Position numbers and translations under genes: made by a program. A stretch of DNA of 64,000 nt from contig JAHPZI010000017.1 in NCBI GenBank assembly GCA_019058295.1, positions 34,917-98,916 on the forward strand, given 5' to 3'. The notes under the pieces were generated by a model that was not told the origin of the DNA, did not search any database, and saw only the letters and a program-made list of their open reading frames with translations. Shown here one piece after another: positions 18,690 to 28,487 of the stretch; positions within the stretch are counted from its first letter, which is position 1; every line of letters starts with the position of its first letter. The DNA comes from Promethearchaeota archaeon. Lineage in GTDB: Archaea; Asgardarchaeota; Lokiarchaeia; Sigyniarchaeales; SOKP01.

Positions 18690-19493
18690 TTACCCTCTAT
18701 AATCTAAATGGATAACAGCGTCAACGAACAATTCATAGTTTTCATCTTCATCAAAATCATGTATAACTACTTTTTCAACTTCATCAAGTTCTCCTTTAAC
18801 TTCTAATAATTCAGATTGGAACAAAATTTTTACATCCGACTTTTTCAATTCTTTCGCTAATTCTTCTCTTCCAGGAACCCCTTTAGAAGAAGTGACAACA
18901 ATTACTCTCCCTGTATATTCAGTTAATTTCATTGCTAGAGCTAAAGAAGCATCTCCAGAATCTACAATTAAAATTCTTTTATCTCTTAATTCCTCTAGAT
19001 TATCAGGTCTATTTTTATAAACTCCTTTACCTAGAAATTCATCAAATCCAAGAATAACACTAATCTCTATTTGGCAAGTTGTTGGAACATTAACTTCAGG
19101 TTCTGTACCTTCACGATAATTACGAATTGCTGCTTGTAAAGCGTCAGCAGCTAAATTTGAACAATGCATTTTAATCGGAGGTAATCCTTCAAGCTCCTCA
19201 GCCACATCCTGTCTAGTTATCTTATAGGCTTCATCAAGTGTCTTCCCCTTTGCCATCTCTGTAATCATTGATGATGTAGCAACCGCAGAACCACATCCAA
19301 ATGTTTTGAACTTAATATCATCTATGATCTCTTCTCCATCTTGATTCTTTCCAACTTTTATATACATAAACATAAGATCTCCGCAAACAGGATTTCCAAC
19401 TTTTCCAAATCCATCAGCATCTTCAATTTCTCCCATATTTCTAGGATTCCTAAAATGATCCAGAACTTTTTCAGAATAACTTGTTGATTTCAT
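18690..19493 (-). CDS. iscU: IscU/NifU-type Fe-S scaffold with C-terminal TrxB-like Rossmann extension
   Basis: YSEKVLDHFRNPRN, PVCGD, FGCGS and KMHCSNLA motifs, plus ~130 extra C-terminal residues. Confidence 0.9.
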   Translation of the reverse strand: MKSTSYSEKVLDHFRNPRNMGEIEDADGFGKVGNPVCGDLMFMYIKVGKNQDGEEIIDDIKFKTFGCGSAVATSSMITEMAKGKTLDEAYKITRQDVAEELEGLPPIKMHCSNLAADALQAAIRNYREGTEPEVNVPTTCQIEISVILGFDEFLGKGVYKNRPDNLEELRDKRILIVDSGDASLALAMKLTEYTGRVIVVTSSKGVPGREELAKELKKSDVKILFQSELLEVKGELDEVEKVVIHDFDEDENYELFVDAVIHLDYRG

Positions 19494-20687
19494 TTAATTA
19501 TTCACCTCATTATATTTTTTTAATAAATCTGGAGGTGTCAGAGGAGATAATATTCTCAACCTTTTAATGACATCTGGTAATACATCTATAGCTTTATCAA
19601 TATCAGATTCTTTTGTAAATCTCCCTAACGTAAATAATAAGCTCCCATGGGCTTCTTCATGTAATAAACCCATTGCTATTAACGTATGGGATGCTTCTAA
19701 AGTTTTAGATGAGCAAGCAGACCCGGTTGCACCACCAACACCTTGATCTCTTAATGATAAAATTAAAGATTCACCTTCAATATAATCAAACCTAAAATGA
19801 GCATTATTAGGCAGTCGTTTCTCAGGATGACCATTTAAGTGGGATTTTGGAATCGAATTAAGAACTCCATTTATTAATTTATCACGCAGAATTTTTAAAC
19901 GGGCTGATTCACTATGAATTTCTTTTTTCATTATTTCAGCTGCTTTTGCAAAGCCTACTATCCCAGGTATATTCTCAGAACCAGATCTCATCCCTCTCTC
20001 CTGACCCCCTCCAATTAAGATTGGATTAACACGAACTCCCTCTTTCAAGTATAACGCTCCAATACCCCTCGGTCCATAAATATCGTTTGATGAGAAAGTA
20101 ATTAAATCAATTGGTACTTTCTGAACATCTATAGGAATAACTGCTTCACTTGCCACCGCATCTGTATGAAATAAAATTTTTTTCTCAGTAGCGATTTTAC
20201 TTATTTCCTCTATTGGTTGTAGTGACCCAACTTCATTGCTAGCTGTGGAAATAGAAATCAAAATCGTTTTATCAGTAATAAATCTTTCCAATTTATCGAG
20301 ATTTATTATTCCATATTGATCTACAGGGACTCTGCTCACTTTAAATCCTTGTCGTTCTAAATACTTACCGAGGTTCAATATCGAAATGTGCTCAATCTCT
20401 GAAATTATTATGTGATCTCCTTTTCTTTTATTTCTCAAGGCTGAGCCAATTAAAGCTAAGTTATTAGATTCAGTAGCACCTGAAGTGAATAAGATATCTG
20501 AGGATTTAGGGGCGTTTATAAAATCTGCAACTTTTTTGCGTGCCTTTTCTAAAGTCTCAGTGGCAATATCTCCATCTCCATGAAGCGATGAAGGATTTGC
20601 GAATTTTTTATTAAAATAAGGCAACATCTCTTCAATCACTCTATCATCCACTGGTTTTGCTGCTTGGTAATCTAAATAAACACTCAT
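19494..20687 (-). CDS. iscS: Cysteine desulfurase (IscS/NifS type)
   Basis: ANPSSLH, FTSGATESNN, HTDAV, GGGQERGMRSG and GSACSS motifs; the PLP-Lys motif reads SSNDIYGP instead of SxHKxxGP. Confidence 0.9.
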   Translation of the reverse strand: MSVYLDYQAAKPVDDRVIEEMLPYFNKKFANPSSLHGDGDIATETLEKARKKVADFINAPKSSDILFTSGATESNNLALIGSALRNKRKGDHIIISEIEHISILNLGKYLERQGFKVSRVPVDQYGIINLDKLERFITDKTILISISTASNEVGSLQPIEEISKIATEKKILFHTDAVASEAVIPIDVQKVPIDLITFSSNDIYGPRGIGALYLKEGVRVNPILIGGGQERGMRSGSENIPGIVGFAKAAEIMKKEIHSESARLKILRDKLINGVLNSIPKSHLNGHPEKRLPNNAHFRFDYIEGESLILSLRDQGVGGATGSACSSKTLEASHTLIAMGLLHEEAHGSLLFTLGRFTKESDIDKAIDVLPDVIKRLRILSPLTPPDLLKKYNEVNN

Positions 20688-20763
20688 TTTATCATCCTTC
20701 TTTCATTATTTTAATAATCATTATATGAATTAATAAAAAAAATTTTTATTAGAAATTTATTAA

Positions 20764-21120
20764 TTAAAACCATTGAGTAGCGTCATTCTCTAAAACTAAA
20801 TCGTTTAGAGTAGCTGCTCCTACAATTTTTACACCTGGAATTAAATCAACTTTCTCCCAGCCCAACATTCTTTTTGAAGCCTCACAAACTAAAATCTCTA
20901 TGCCAGCTTCCATAGTTTTATCAATCATTTCTTTAACAGATGGAAAATCACCCAATTTTATTTTTTCGGCCTCCCCTGGTTTTAATATTTTTAAACCTGT
21001 CCCTAAATAATAAACTGTTGCATCAATGTCCATAGCTTTTGCTGTCTGTGCCAACACTAGCGGAGAATATTGACGTTCAGGATCGTCAGTTGTTTGTACA
21101 TACAATATACTTTTTCCCAT
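20764..21120 (-). CDS. DsrE-family sulfur relay protein
   Basis: GIEILVCEAS and IVGAATL pattern; sulfur-relay gene context. Confidence 0.8.
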   Translation of the reverse strand: MGKSILYVQTTDDPERQYSPLVLAQTAKAMDIDATVYYLGTGLKILKPGEAEKIKLGDFPSVKEMIDKTMEAGIEILVCEASKRMLGWEKVDLIPGVKIVGAATLNDLVLENDATQWF

Positions 21121-21137
21121 TTTATATCACTCCTATT

Positions 21138-21386
21138 TTATTTTTTTTTCTTGAAAATGAATGTTAGAATATCGTCCTCCTTTCTAAAATCTAAAAGTTC
21201 TGTCTCAGTTCTTTTAGCCCATCTTTTCAAATCTTCTTCAGCAGCAGGATCGTCAGCAATAACTTTAAAACACTGACCAATTTCAAGCGTTTCAGATAGA
21301 TTTCTTACTTCAAATAAAGGTTCTGGACAATATAATCCAGTTGTATCTAACTCCTTTTCAATTTCATTCTTTTCCTTATCACTCAA
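21138..21386 (-). CDS. tusA: TusA-family sulfurtransferase
   Basis: LDTTGLYCPEP and ADDPAA motifs; TTG at 21386 follows GAGGT RBS (ORF track starts at 21401). Confidence 0.9.
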   Translation of the reverse strand: MSDKEKNEIEKELDTTGLYCPEPLFEVRNLSETLEIGQCFKVIADDPAAEEDLKRWAKRTETELLDFRKEDDILTFIFKKKK

Positions 21387-21643
21387 TTTTTTCAACCTCA
21401 CTTTTTATTATTACTACGAAAATTTCTTACTCTTTATTGATTTCGTATATTAGAAAGGATCTTTCTTGTTATATATACTGTCACTATTCAGATCTTTTAC
21501 TAAAAAAATAAATGTTGTTCTTATAATTTAGTTAAAATAAAGAATAATTGAAGAATTAGAATAAAGTAATTTTAAAAAGAGTTTTATAATTTATAAACTT
21601 CGAAAAAAATATGTTAAAAGACCTTGAAATTAAAATAGAGATT

Positions 21644-22480
21644 TTAAGTTAAATATTGTTTTAATAATTGAAATCTTTTTTCTCTTGATATTCTATTTCT
21701 TACAGGATTCCAATTTCCATACAATTCTTCATGAAAAGTGGGTTTTTTAATTCTATAAAATATACCAATTGGCAGTTTATCTTTTCTTTTGACATTTTTC
21801 ATCGCCTCATCAAAAGATTTCGGTTCTTTTTCAAGTATTTCAGTATTCTCTCGATAGAATTGCCAAGTGTCATTATATGCAACAGTAGGTTGTAAAATTT
21901 CTATGAATGAAAAACCTTTATGCTCAATAGCTTTTACCATAATATCTGTGAGATGTGCTTGTTTTCCTGGAAATCCTCTAGCAATGAATGTGGCACCTGC
22001 TTCTAGCATAATTGCTAGAGCATTTAAGGGTTCTTCAACACTTCCTTTGGGAGTAGAGGGACCTTTCCACCCTTTTTCTGAAAGAGGTGTATATTGACCT
22101 GTTGTTAAAGCATAAACACCATTATTATGCAAAATTAGAGTCATATCAAAGTTTCTTTTCGCGGCAAATATCGTGTGTGCAAGTCCTTCTCCCATCGCGT
22201 TTCCATCACCCGAAAATGTTATAACATTTAATTCGGGATTCGCAATTTTCATTCCTTGGATCGTTGCAATATCTCTCCCATGTAGTGAATATAGACCACT
22301 TATATTCAAATAATCAAAAATCTTAGCATGACATCCAATTCCCGCGGAAATTACAATATATTCTCTATTAATCCCTTTTTCCTCTAATTTTACAATCGCT
22401 TTTTTAAAAGCGTTTAAAATTCCGAAATTCCCACAACCAGGACACCATGTATTTTCAGCATATGTATCTAACGTGTTCAT
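21644..22480 (-). CDS. korB: 2-oxoacid:ferredoxin oxidoreductase beta subunit
   Basis: WCPGCGN, GIGC, LHGR and GDG..NN TPP-binding motifs. Confidence 0.92.
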   Translation of the reverse strand: MNTLDTYAENTWCPGCGNFGILNAFKKAIVKLEEKGINREYIVISAGIGCHAKIFDYLNISGLYSLHGRDIATIQGMKIANPELNVITFSGDGNAMGEGLAHTIFAAKRNFDMTLILHNNGVYALTTGQYTPLSEKGWKGPSTPKGSVEEPLNALAIMLEAGATFIARGFPGKQAHLTDIMVKAIEHKGFSFIEILQPTVAYNDTWQFYRENTEILEKEPKSFDEAMKNVKRKDKLPIGIFYRIKKPTFHEELYGNWNPVRNRISREKRFQLLKQYLT

Positions 22481-22481
22481 T

Positions 22482-24137
22482 TTAAATTACCTCCTTAATT
22501 TTTTTAGCTAATTCGATTGGATCAAATGGACGTCCATCATATTTGTTAATTAGATTTTTGCTCTTAATATTTGCTTTTTCTTTTAAAAGTGAAGTGAATT
22601 GTCCCATTTTGCTCAGTTCTATGGTTATCACGGGCTCATCTTTATATCTTTCCAATTCCCATACCGGGAAGGGTCTAAGATATATTGGCTGTATTATAGT
22701 CGCTTCAATGTCTCCATAGTGAAGAGCTTCTAACACGCTCATTGTAGTTGAACCATACGTAAAAATTAAAGGTCCCCCGTTTCCATATACATTTACCGTT
22801 TTTAGTTGCTTTAAAAAATCAATAATATGCATATCTTTTTTATACCTTTTATTATGCATTTTTGTTATTAGTTCGGGATTTTCAGTAGTTATCCCTAACT
22901 CATCATGTTCATAACTATTCCATTTAATTACGTTCTTTGAGGGTGGAAATAACAATGGGGAAATTCCATCTTCCGTATCTAGATATCTTTTGTAATTACC
23001 ATTTTTATGATATTTTGGTTCTGCCCATTTTGTATTCTCCATGTTAATATCAACTGTCATACTACTCTCGGATAGATGTTTTTCAGTTAATAGAATCCCA
23101 GGAGTTTGAAATTTCCAAACAAGATCAAGCATTTCTGCTGATAGATAAAAAGCCTCTTTTACTGAACAGGGACAGGCTACAATTCTTAAAAATTCGCCAT
23201 GTCCAACATTTAGAGCAAAATTTAAATCACCTTGCTCTGTATAGGTTGGTACACCAGTAGCAGGTCCAGGTCTCATAGATAAGACGCATAATACAGGCGC
23301 TTCAGTCATCCCTGCCAACGAGAAACCTTCGCTCATGAGAGCAAACCCCCCTCCACTTGACCCCACCATAGCTTTAGCTCCAGCAAAAGCAGAGCCAATT
23401 GCCATATTAATCACAGCAATTTCATTCTCCGGATGTACTATAGCTAAACCAAATTTATCTGTTTGAGACGCAAGTGTGTGTAGAATTGAGGAGGCTGGAG
23501 TCATAGGATACCCAAAATAGACATCTAAACCCCCAGCAATAGCTCCAAAAGCTATCGATTGATTTCCAGTTAGAATAGGTCTTTTTTTATCTCCATTTTC
23601 AATCTCAAATTTATTATTTAATTTAGGAAAAACATAATCATAAATAAAATTCGCAAACGAGATGTTATCTTCTACAAAATGAGGATATTCTCTTTTAATA
23701 ATTTCATTCAAATCATTTTTACTAATTCCTATCGAACACGCTAAAATAGCAACTGCTCCCACACCATATAAAAGATTTTTTGCAGGAAATTTTTTAGCTT
23801 CGCTATAAAAAGGAACACCAATTCCTTCAGCATTGTCAATTTCATCAGAATTATAAATAATGAGACCATTTTTATCGAGCTCATCAGCATGCATCTCATA
23901 ACTTCTCTTATCAGAATTAATAATTAAATCTGCTTTCATATAATGACTATATATATCACGTGTAGCAGTGCTTATAACCGAGAAATTATGTCCTCCTCTT
24001 ATTAAACTCATATAGTCATCCATCTGAAATACTTGTCTTCCTCTCTCAATAAAAATTTGAGAAGCAACAGAAGCAGCCTTTTTCACACCCTCTCCAGCTT
24101 TACCTCCTACGATAAATGTAAAGATATTTTTTTTAAT
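22482..24137 (-). CDS. korA: 2-oxoacid:ferredoxin oxidoreductase alpha subunit, apparent ATT start
   Basis: YPMTP, ENEIA, SGGGF and RPGPATG.PT motifs. The conserved GGKAGEGV lies upstream of the GTG at 24086; the frame extends to ATT 24137, 6 nt after GGTGA. Confidence 0.9.
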   Translation of the reverse strand: MKKNIFTFIVGGKAGEGVKKAASVASQIFIERGRQVFQMDDYMSLIRGGHNFSVISTATRDIYSHYMKADLIINSDKRSYEMHADELDKNGLIIYNSDEIDNAEGIGVPFYSEAKKFPAKNLLYGVGAVAILACSIGISKNDLNEIIKREYPHFVEDNISFANFIYDYVFPKLNNKFEIENGDKKRPILTGNQSIAFGAIAGGLDVYFGYPMTPASSILHTLASQTDKFGLAIVHPENEIAVINMAIGSAFAGAKAMVGSSGGGFALMSEGFSLAGMTEAPVLCVLSMRPGPATGVPTYTEQGDLNFALNVGHGEFLRIVACPCSVKEAFYLSAEMLDLVWKFQTPGILLTEKHLSESSMTVDINMENTKWAEPKYHKNGNYKRYLDTEDGISPLLFPPSKNVIKWNSYEHDELGITTENPELITKMHNKRYKKDMHIIDFLKQLKTVNVYGNGGPLIFTYGSTTMSVLEALHYGDIEATIIQPIYLRPFPVWELERYKDEPVITIELSKMGQFTSLLKEKANIKSKNLINKYDGRPFDPIELAKKIKEVI

Positions 24138-24553
24138 AAGGTTTCACCAAAACATTTTATTTTCTAACTTACTGAATAAGATTAATATATATTTAATATG
24201 AGCGAATTTAAAATTGAACCTTATTAATTAAAGGAATTTTTAACCAGTAAAGCTAAAACTATAAAAAGAATAAGAAAATCTCTTTTCTTTAATTTTTTAG
24301 AATTTATAGATTCAACTAAGATAATAGATAATTTAGCAGAATTATATTTTAGTAAATTTAATTATAAGAAGATAATTCGCATTTTACTTATATCATTTTA
24401 AATAAAACACTAATTTTTCAATATTTTATGAAGGAGAAATTTAAGAATTTGAATTTACTCCTATAAATTAAGTAAAATTTGTAAAACTTGGGGTGTAATA
24501 ATCGTGGAATATATTAAAGAAAATAAAAATTTAATAATTGAGGTGATATTATT

Positions 24554-24721
24554 ATTAAAAAAGCAGAACAAACTGTATCAAAGAAAGGGCACTTTATTGA
24601 CTCTTATTGCTCAAATTTAAAAGAATGCATTCAAAGAAATGAATTTCTTAAAAAATTTCGGGAAGAATTAGTAAAAAAGAAGCATGATAACCTTTTTAAA
24701 GTAAAACAAGATGCTTCATAA
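24554..24721 (+). CDS. Small hypothetical protein (~55 aa), possible ATT start
   Basis: GAGGTGA RBS at 24540 followed by ATT codons and an open frame KKAEQTVSKKGHFIDSYCSNLKECIQRNEFLKKFREEL... Confidence 0.45.
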   Translation: MKKAEQTVSKKGHFIDSYCSNLKECIQRNEFLKKFREELVKKKHDNLFKVKQDAS

Positions 24722-24761
24722 TTCCCGAAATAATCTACTTTTGAAAATCATTGAGATTTGA

Positions 24762-25019
24762 TTAGGGTTTAAGTGATTTTCTTAGATCAATTCCAGAAAT
24801 ATCATCTTTTAAAACAGTATATTTTTTTAGAAATATAGCTATAGCATGTAAATAATCCCAATCTAAATCGATAAACTGTTCACAGACCGAACAATAATAA
24901 TTTACAGTACTATTAAATTTAATTAGTTTAGGATGAAGTCTTCTAAAACAATAAGGACAAAGTTTAGGCTTTGAATCGTGAGCTTCAATTATTTTTTTAA
25001 CTTTTTCCAATTCTGACAT
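24762..25019 (-). CDS. Small Zn-ribbon hypothetical protein
   Basis: CPYC-x16-CSVC. Confidence 0.7.
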   Translation of the reverse strand: MSELEKVKKIIEAHDSKPKLCPYCFRRLHPKLIKFNSTVNYYCSVCEQFIDLDWDYLHAIAIFLKKYTVLKDDISGIDLRKSLKP

Positions 25020-25151
25020 ATTTCAATCACTACTTTATTAAAAAGATGTAAAACTAATAAACTATTAAGTACAAGATTTTTAATGATTCAATTTATTTTT
25101 TAATAAACTATTTTAGATTTTTAATTAGGATTTAATTTAATCGTGTTTATT

Positions 25152-25889
25152 ATGTCTAAAAGTAAAAAAAATGCGATCCCTATAGGAAACGCAATTGAAA
25201 GCGAAAAGATTTCAAAAACTTATATCTCAGGAGAAATCGAAGTTCAAGCCTTAAAAAATTTGAATTTTGTCGTAAAAAATGGAGAAAGGTTGGTAATTTT
25301 AGGACCCTCAGGGTCAGGTAAAACAACTCTATTAAACTTACTTGGAGGCATAACGAGTCCTGATGAAAAAGAGGGCTCTTTGAGTATTTTTGGAGATTTA
25401 ATTCAAAATTATAATCAAAAGCAATTAACTAATTATCGAAGAGAACGTGTTGGTTTTATATTCCAATTTTTTAATTTATTCCCCTCACTCAATGCTCTGG
25501 ATAATGTTATAATAGGTATAGATCTTCTCAAAAAAAAGTTAAAAAGTAATTTAGATACCCTAGAAATTGCGACTGATTATTTAGAGAAGGTTGGATTAGG
25601 AGAGAGATTGTTTCACTATCCTTCTCAGCTTAGTGGAGGAGAACAACAAAGAGTTGCAATTGCAAGAGCGTTAGCAAAAATACCTTTTGTAGGGAGGAAT
25701 TTTCTTCTATTATGTGATGAACCTACGGGAAATTTAGATACAGAGACAAGCGATAAAATTTTAGATTTAATGATTGAATTAAATAAAAATGAAGGCATTA
25801 CTTGCTTAATAGTAACACATAATTTGTACATTGCCGAAAAATTCTCAACTAAAATTCTCAAATTAAAAGATGGAATTATACAACAATAA
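25152..25889 (+). CDS. ABC transporter ATP-binding protein (LolD/MacB-like)
   Basis: [17 protein letters not shown] and DEPTG motifs. Confidence 0.95.
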   Translation: MSKSKKNAIPIGNAIESEKISKTYISGEIEVQALKNLNFVVKNGERLVILGPSGSGKTTLLNLLGGITSPDEKEGSLSIFGDLIQNYNQKQLTNYRRERVGFIFQFFNLFPSLNALDNVIIGIDLLKKKLKSNLDTLEIATDYLEKVGLGERLFHYPSQLSGGEQQRVAIARALAKIPFVGRNFLLLCDEPTGNLDTETSDKILDLMIELNKNEGITCLIVTHNLYIAEKFSTKILKLKDGIIQQ

Positions 25890-25904
25890 AAATTAAATGA
25901 TAAA

Positions 25905-28397
25905 ATGAATATAATCCTTAAAAAAGCAATTAAAGATTTTAGGAACCTCGGCTGGCGGAGTTATCTCATTATATTCACTATAATACTATCGCTAGGAGGA
26001 GGTTTAGGTTTACATTATGCGATACAAGCAGCAACTCCCATGTTGGATTTATATTATGATGATGCTAACCATGCTGATTACACCTATCAATTATCTGATA
26101 ATACATGGATTACTCAAGCTCAACTAGACGGTTTAGAATATCTTGATAAGGTTGAAGATTATACTGGACGCCTCTTTTGGACAACATCAATGACCTTGCC
26201 GGGTCAAGATGAGAAAAAGTATGTATTACTCATAGGTTTAGATTCGAATATTGACGAGCCAGAAGTTTATAGATACAATATTGAAAAAGGGGAAAACTTT
26301 GATAAAAATGAAAACACTACCGCAGTAATAGATAGTGTATTCGCAGAGAAAAATGGAATTGATGTTGGGAATGAAATTGAAGTAGATGGGCTTAACAATG
26401 CTGAATTAAGAATCCTCGGCATATGTAATGCCCCAGAATTTATATCATCGACATCGAATCCCGAATACCTTTTTCCGATTGAAGGAAGTATGTGTGTTAT
26501 TTTTCTAGCGAAAAATACTCTTAAAAATTATATTATTGAATCTTTTATTGCTTTAAATAATACATCTCCTCAGGATTACACAGACCTTATAAATTATTTC
26601 AAGATAGTAGATTATAATAACATCGCTGTCACTTTTAAAGACGATGTGTCAAAGGGAAATGATGAGGTAAAAGAATATCTTAATGTTATTTGTGGGCTTA
26701 ATATTGAAAAAGCTGAAAAATTTGAGGATTCATATGCATACTCATTAATGCAATCGGATGTTAAAGACACAGGCGAAATCATGACGATTTTGCTAGTTTT
26801 CATGGCATTATTGGGGGGAATTATTGTGTATGTCATATTTAATAGATACGTAAATAGCCAAAAACAACAAATTGGAGTACTATTGGGTTTAGGATATACA
26901 CGAAAAGATATTCTGAAATATTTCTTATTTAATGTTTTCGTAATTTCTGTTATATCAATTCCAATTGGAATCATAGTGGGGTTTGCGTTGGGGTATTTAA
27001 TGATGAGCGTAATGCTTGCCGAAATGGCGAACCTAACCGTATTTGATTTTCCCTTCATTTTTCTACCAGAAGTGATGTACCTTGGTTTAGTGATTGGAGG
27101 GCTGCTCGTATTTTTTAGTACCTATTTTTCAATCAGGAAAATTAATAAGATGGTTGTGGCAGAATTGATTTATGAGCAGGAGGAGGTTACTAGGAAAATC
27201 AAAAAACCCAAAGAACGCAAAAAATCGCGGAATATAACTAATCGGTTAGTATTCCGCAATTTATTTAAGAATCCAAAAAGAATAACCTTTACAGTCATCG
27301 CTATGACCTTTTCCCTACTCATTGTATCTTCAACAGAAAGTCTGCTTGATTCTATGTACTATAACATAGATAGAACATATGCTACCCCAGAAAGTACAGT
27401 TGAACCCTCTGAAAGGTGGGATTTAAATGTCATTTTTCAAACAAGCGTAAATTTATCCATGCAATTTAATGTATTAGAGCAAATTAAAAACATTAAGGGT
27501 GTTAATGATATTGAAGTTTACAGTAAAGGAGAAGTTTTAGCAAAAGCTAAAGGAGATAAAGAGGATCAAAATCTTAATTTGCAGGGAATTGATATTGCCC
27601 ATAGTAAATTTCATAAATTTTCATGGTATGGTGATAAACAGGATAATTCCCCGCCTGAAGATGATGATGAAATCGTAATATCGTCTGTTCATGCTCATAA
27701 ACTCGATAAAAAAGTTGGGGATAAATTAACCATAATAAATGCTGCTAATATGGAATTTAAATTTAAAATTGTTGGTATACATTCGGAATTAGTTGTCACT
27801 CCTTATATAACATTATCGGCAGGACAAAGAGTTCTTCATAATGGATTAAATTTAATTGATGGAATTTATATAATCATTGATGATACCGCAAATAGAAACG
27901 AAATTAGAAAAGAAATCTATGACCTTAATAACATCGAGGTAGTTTTTGACTCGGAAGAAATGAATAAGAAGGCATACGATTTTGTTGATAATTATGCTTC
28001 TGTCCTATACGTAATCATATTCTATACTCTCCTTGTGTCGTTTTTCATAGTATTCTATAATTCTGTTATGAATATTTATGATAAAAACTATGAGTATGGT
28101 ATTTTAAGATCTTTAGGATATAAGAAAAAAAGCGTTTTTAAAATCATTCTTCTTGAGAATCTCTTACAAGGACTTCTCCCCATACTGTTAGCGCTTTTAT
28201 TTACATATCCATTAACTCTCATGATGGGAGATGTATATGCCGAAGATTTTGCTTTAGAGGTAATCGTGGGGTTACCTGCTATATTAATGATAACTATTCC
28301 ACCCTTAATTCTTTTCATTTTGGGTTCATTTATAGGAATAAGAACAGTTTATAAACAAAATTTATACGAACAAGTGCAAACTAGATTTGTTGGCTAA
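25905..28397 (+). CDS. ABC transporter permease (FtsX/MacB type, two permease units)
   Basis: QIGVLLGLGY and EYGILRSLGY FtsX motifs; large extracellular loops. Confidence 0.9.
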   Translation: MNIILKKAIKDFRNLGWRSYLIIFTIILSLGGGLGLHYAIQAATPMLDLYYDDANHADYTYQLSDNTWITQAQLDGLEYLDKVEDYTGRLFWTTSMTLPGQDEKKYVLLIGLDSNIDEPEVYRYNIEKGENFDKNENTTAVIDSVFAEKNGIDVGNEIEVDGLNNAELRILGICNAPEFISSTSNPEYLFPIEGSMCVIFLAKNTLKNYIIESFIALNNTSPQDYTDLINYFKIVDYNNIAVTFKDDVSKGNDEVKEYLNVICGLNIEKAEKFEDSYAYSLMQSDVKDTGEIMTILLVFMALLGGIIVYVIFNRYVNSQKQQIGVLLGLGYTRKDILKYFLFNVFVISVISIPIGIIVGFALGYLMMSVMLAEMANLTVFDFPFIFLPEVMYLGLVIGGLLVFFSTYFSIRKINKMVVAELIYEQEEVTRKIKKPKERKKSRNITNRLVFRNLFKNPKRITFTVIAMTFSLLIVSSTESLLDSMYYNIDRTYATPESTVEPSERWDLNVIFQTSVNLSMQFNVLEQIKNIKGVNDIEVYSKGEVLAKAKGDKEDQNLNLQGIDIAHSKFHKFSWYGDKQDNSPPEDDDEIVISSVHAHKLDKKVGDKLTIINAANMEFKFKIVGIHSELVVTPYITLSAGQRVLHNGLNLIDGIYIIIDDTANRNEIRKEIYDLNNIEVVFDSEEMNKKAYDFVDNYASVLYVIIFYTLLVSFFIVFYNSVMNIYDKNYEYGILRSLGYKKKSVFKIILLENLLQGLLPILLALLFTYPLTLMMGDVYAEDFALEVIVGLPAILMITIPPLILFILGSFIGIRTVYKQNLYEQVQTRFVG

Positions 28398-28487
28398 AAT
28401 TAAAAAATTTTATTCTTAAACAATAATTTTTTGATTAATATAATCTTAAAGATACTTAACACTTCAATTGAAATTTAAAGTGATCTT

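Noticed and set aside
15586-21596. TTATAATTTATAA (PerR-box-like) at 15586 and 21584
   Set aside because: Pure A/T motif in very AT-rich intergenic DNA; two copies are not clearly above chance, and no Fur/PerR gene is in the window
25670-25710. Short insertion (FVGRNF) with weak hairpin in the ABC ATPase, considered as a second in-frame mRNA intron
   Set aside because: No 3-4-3 bulge-helix-bulge geometry; the frame is intact
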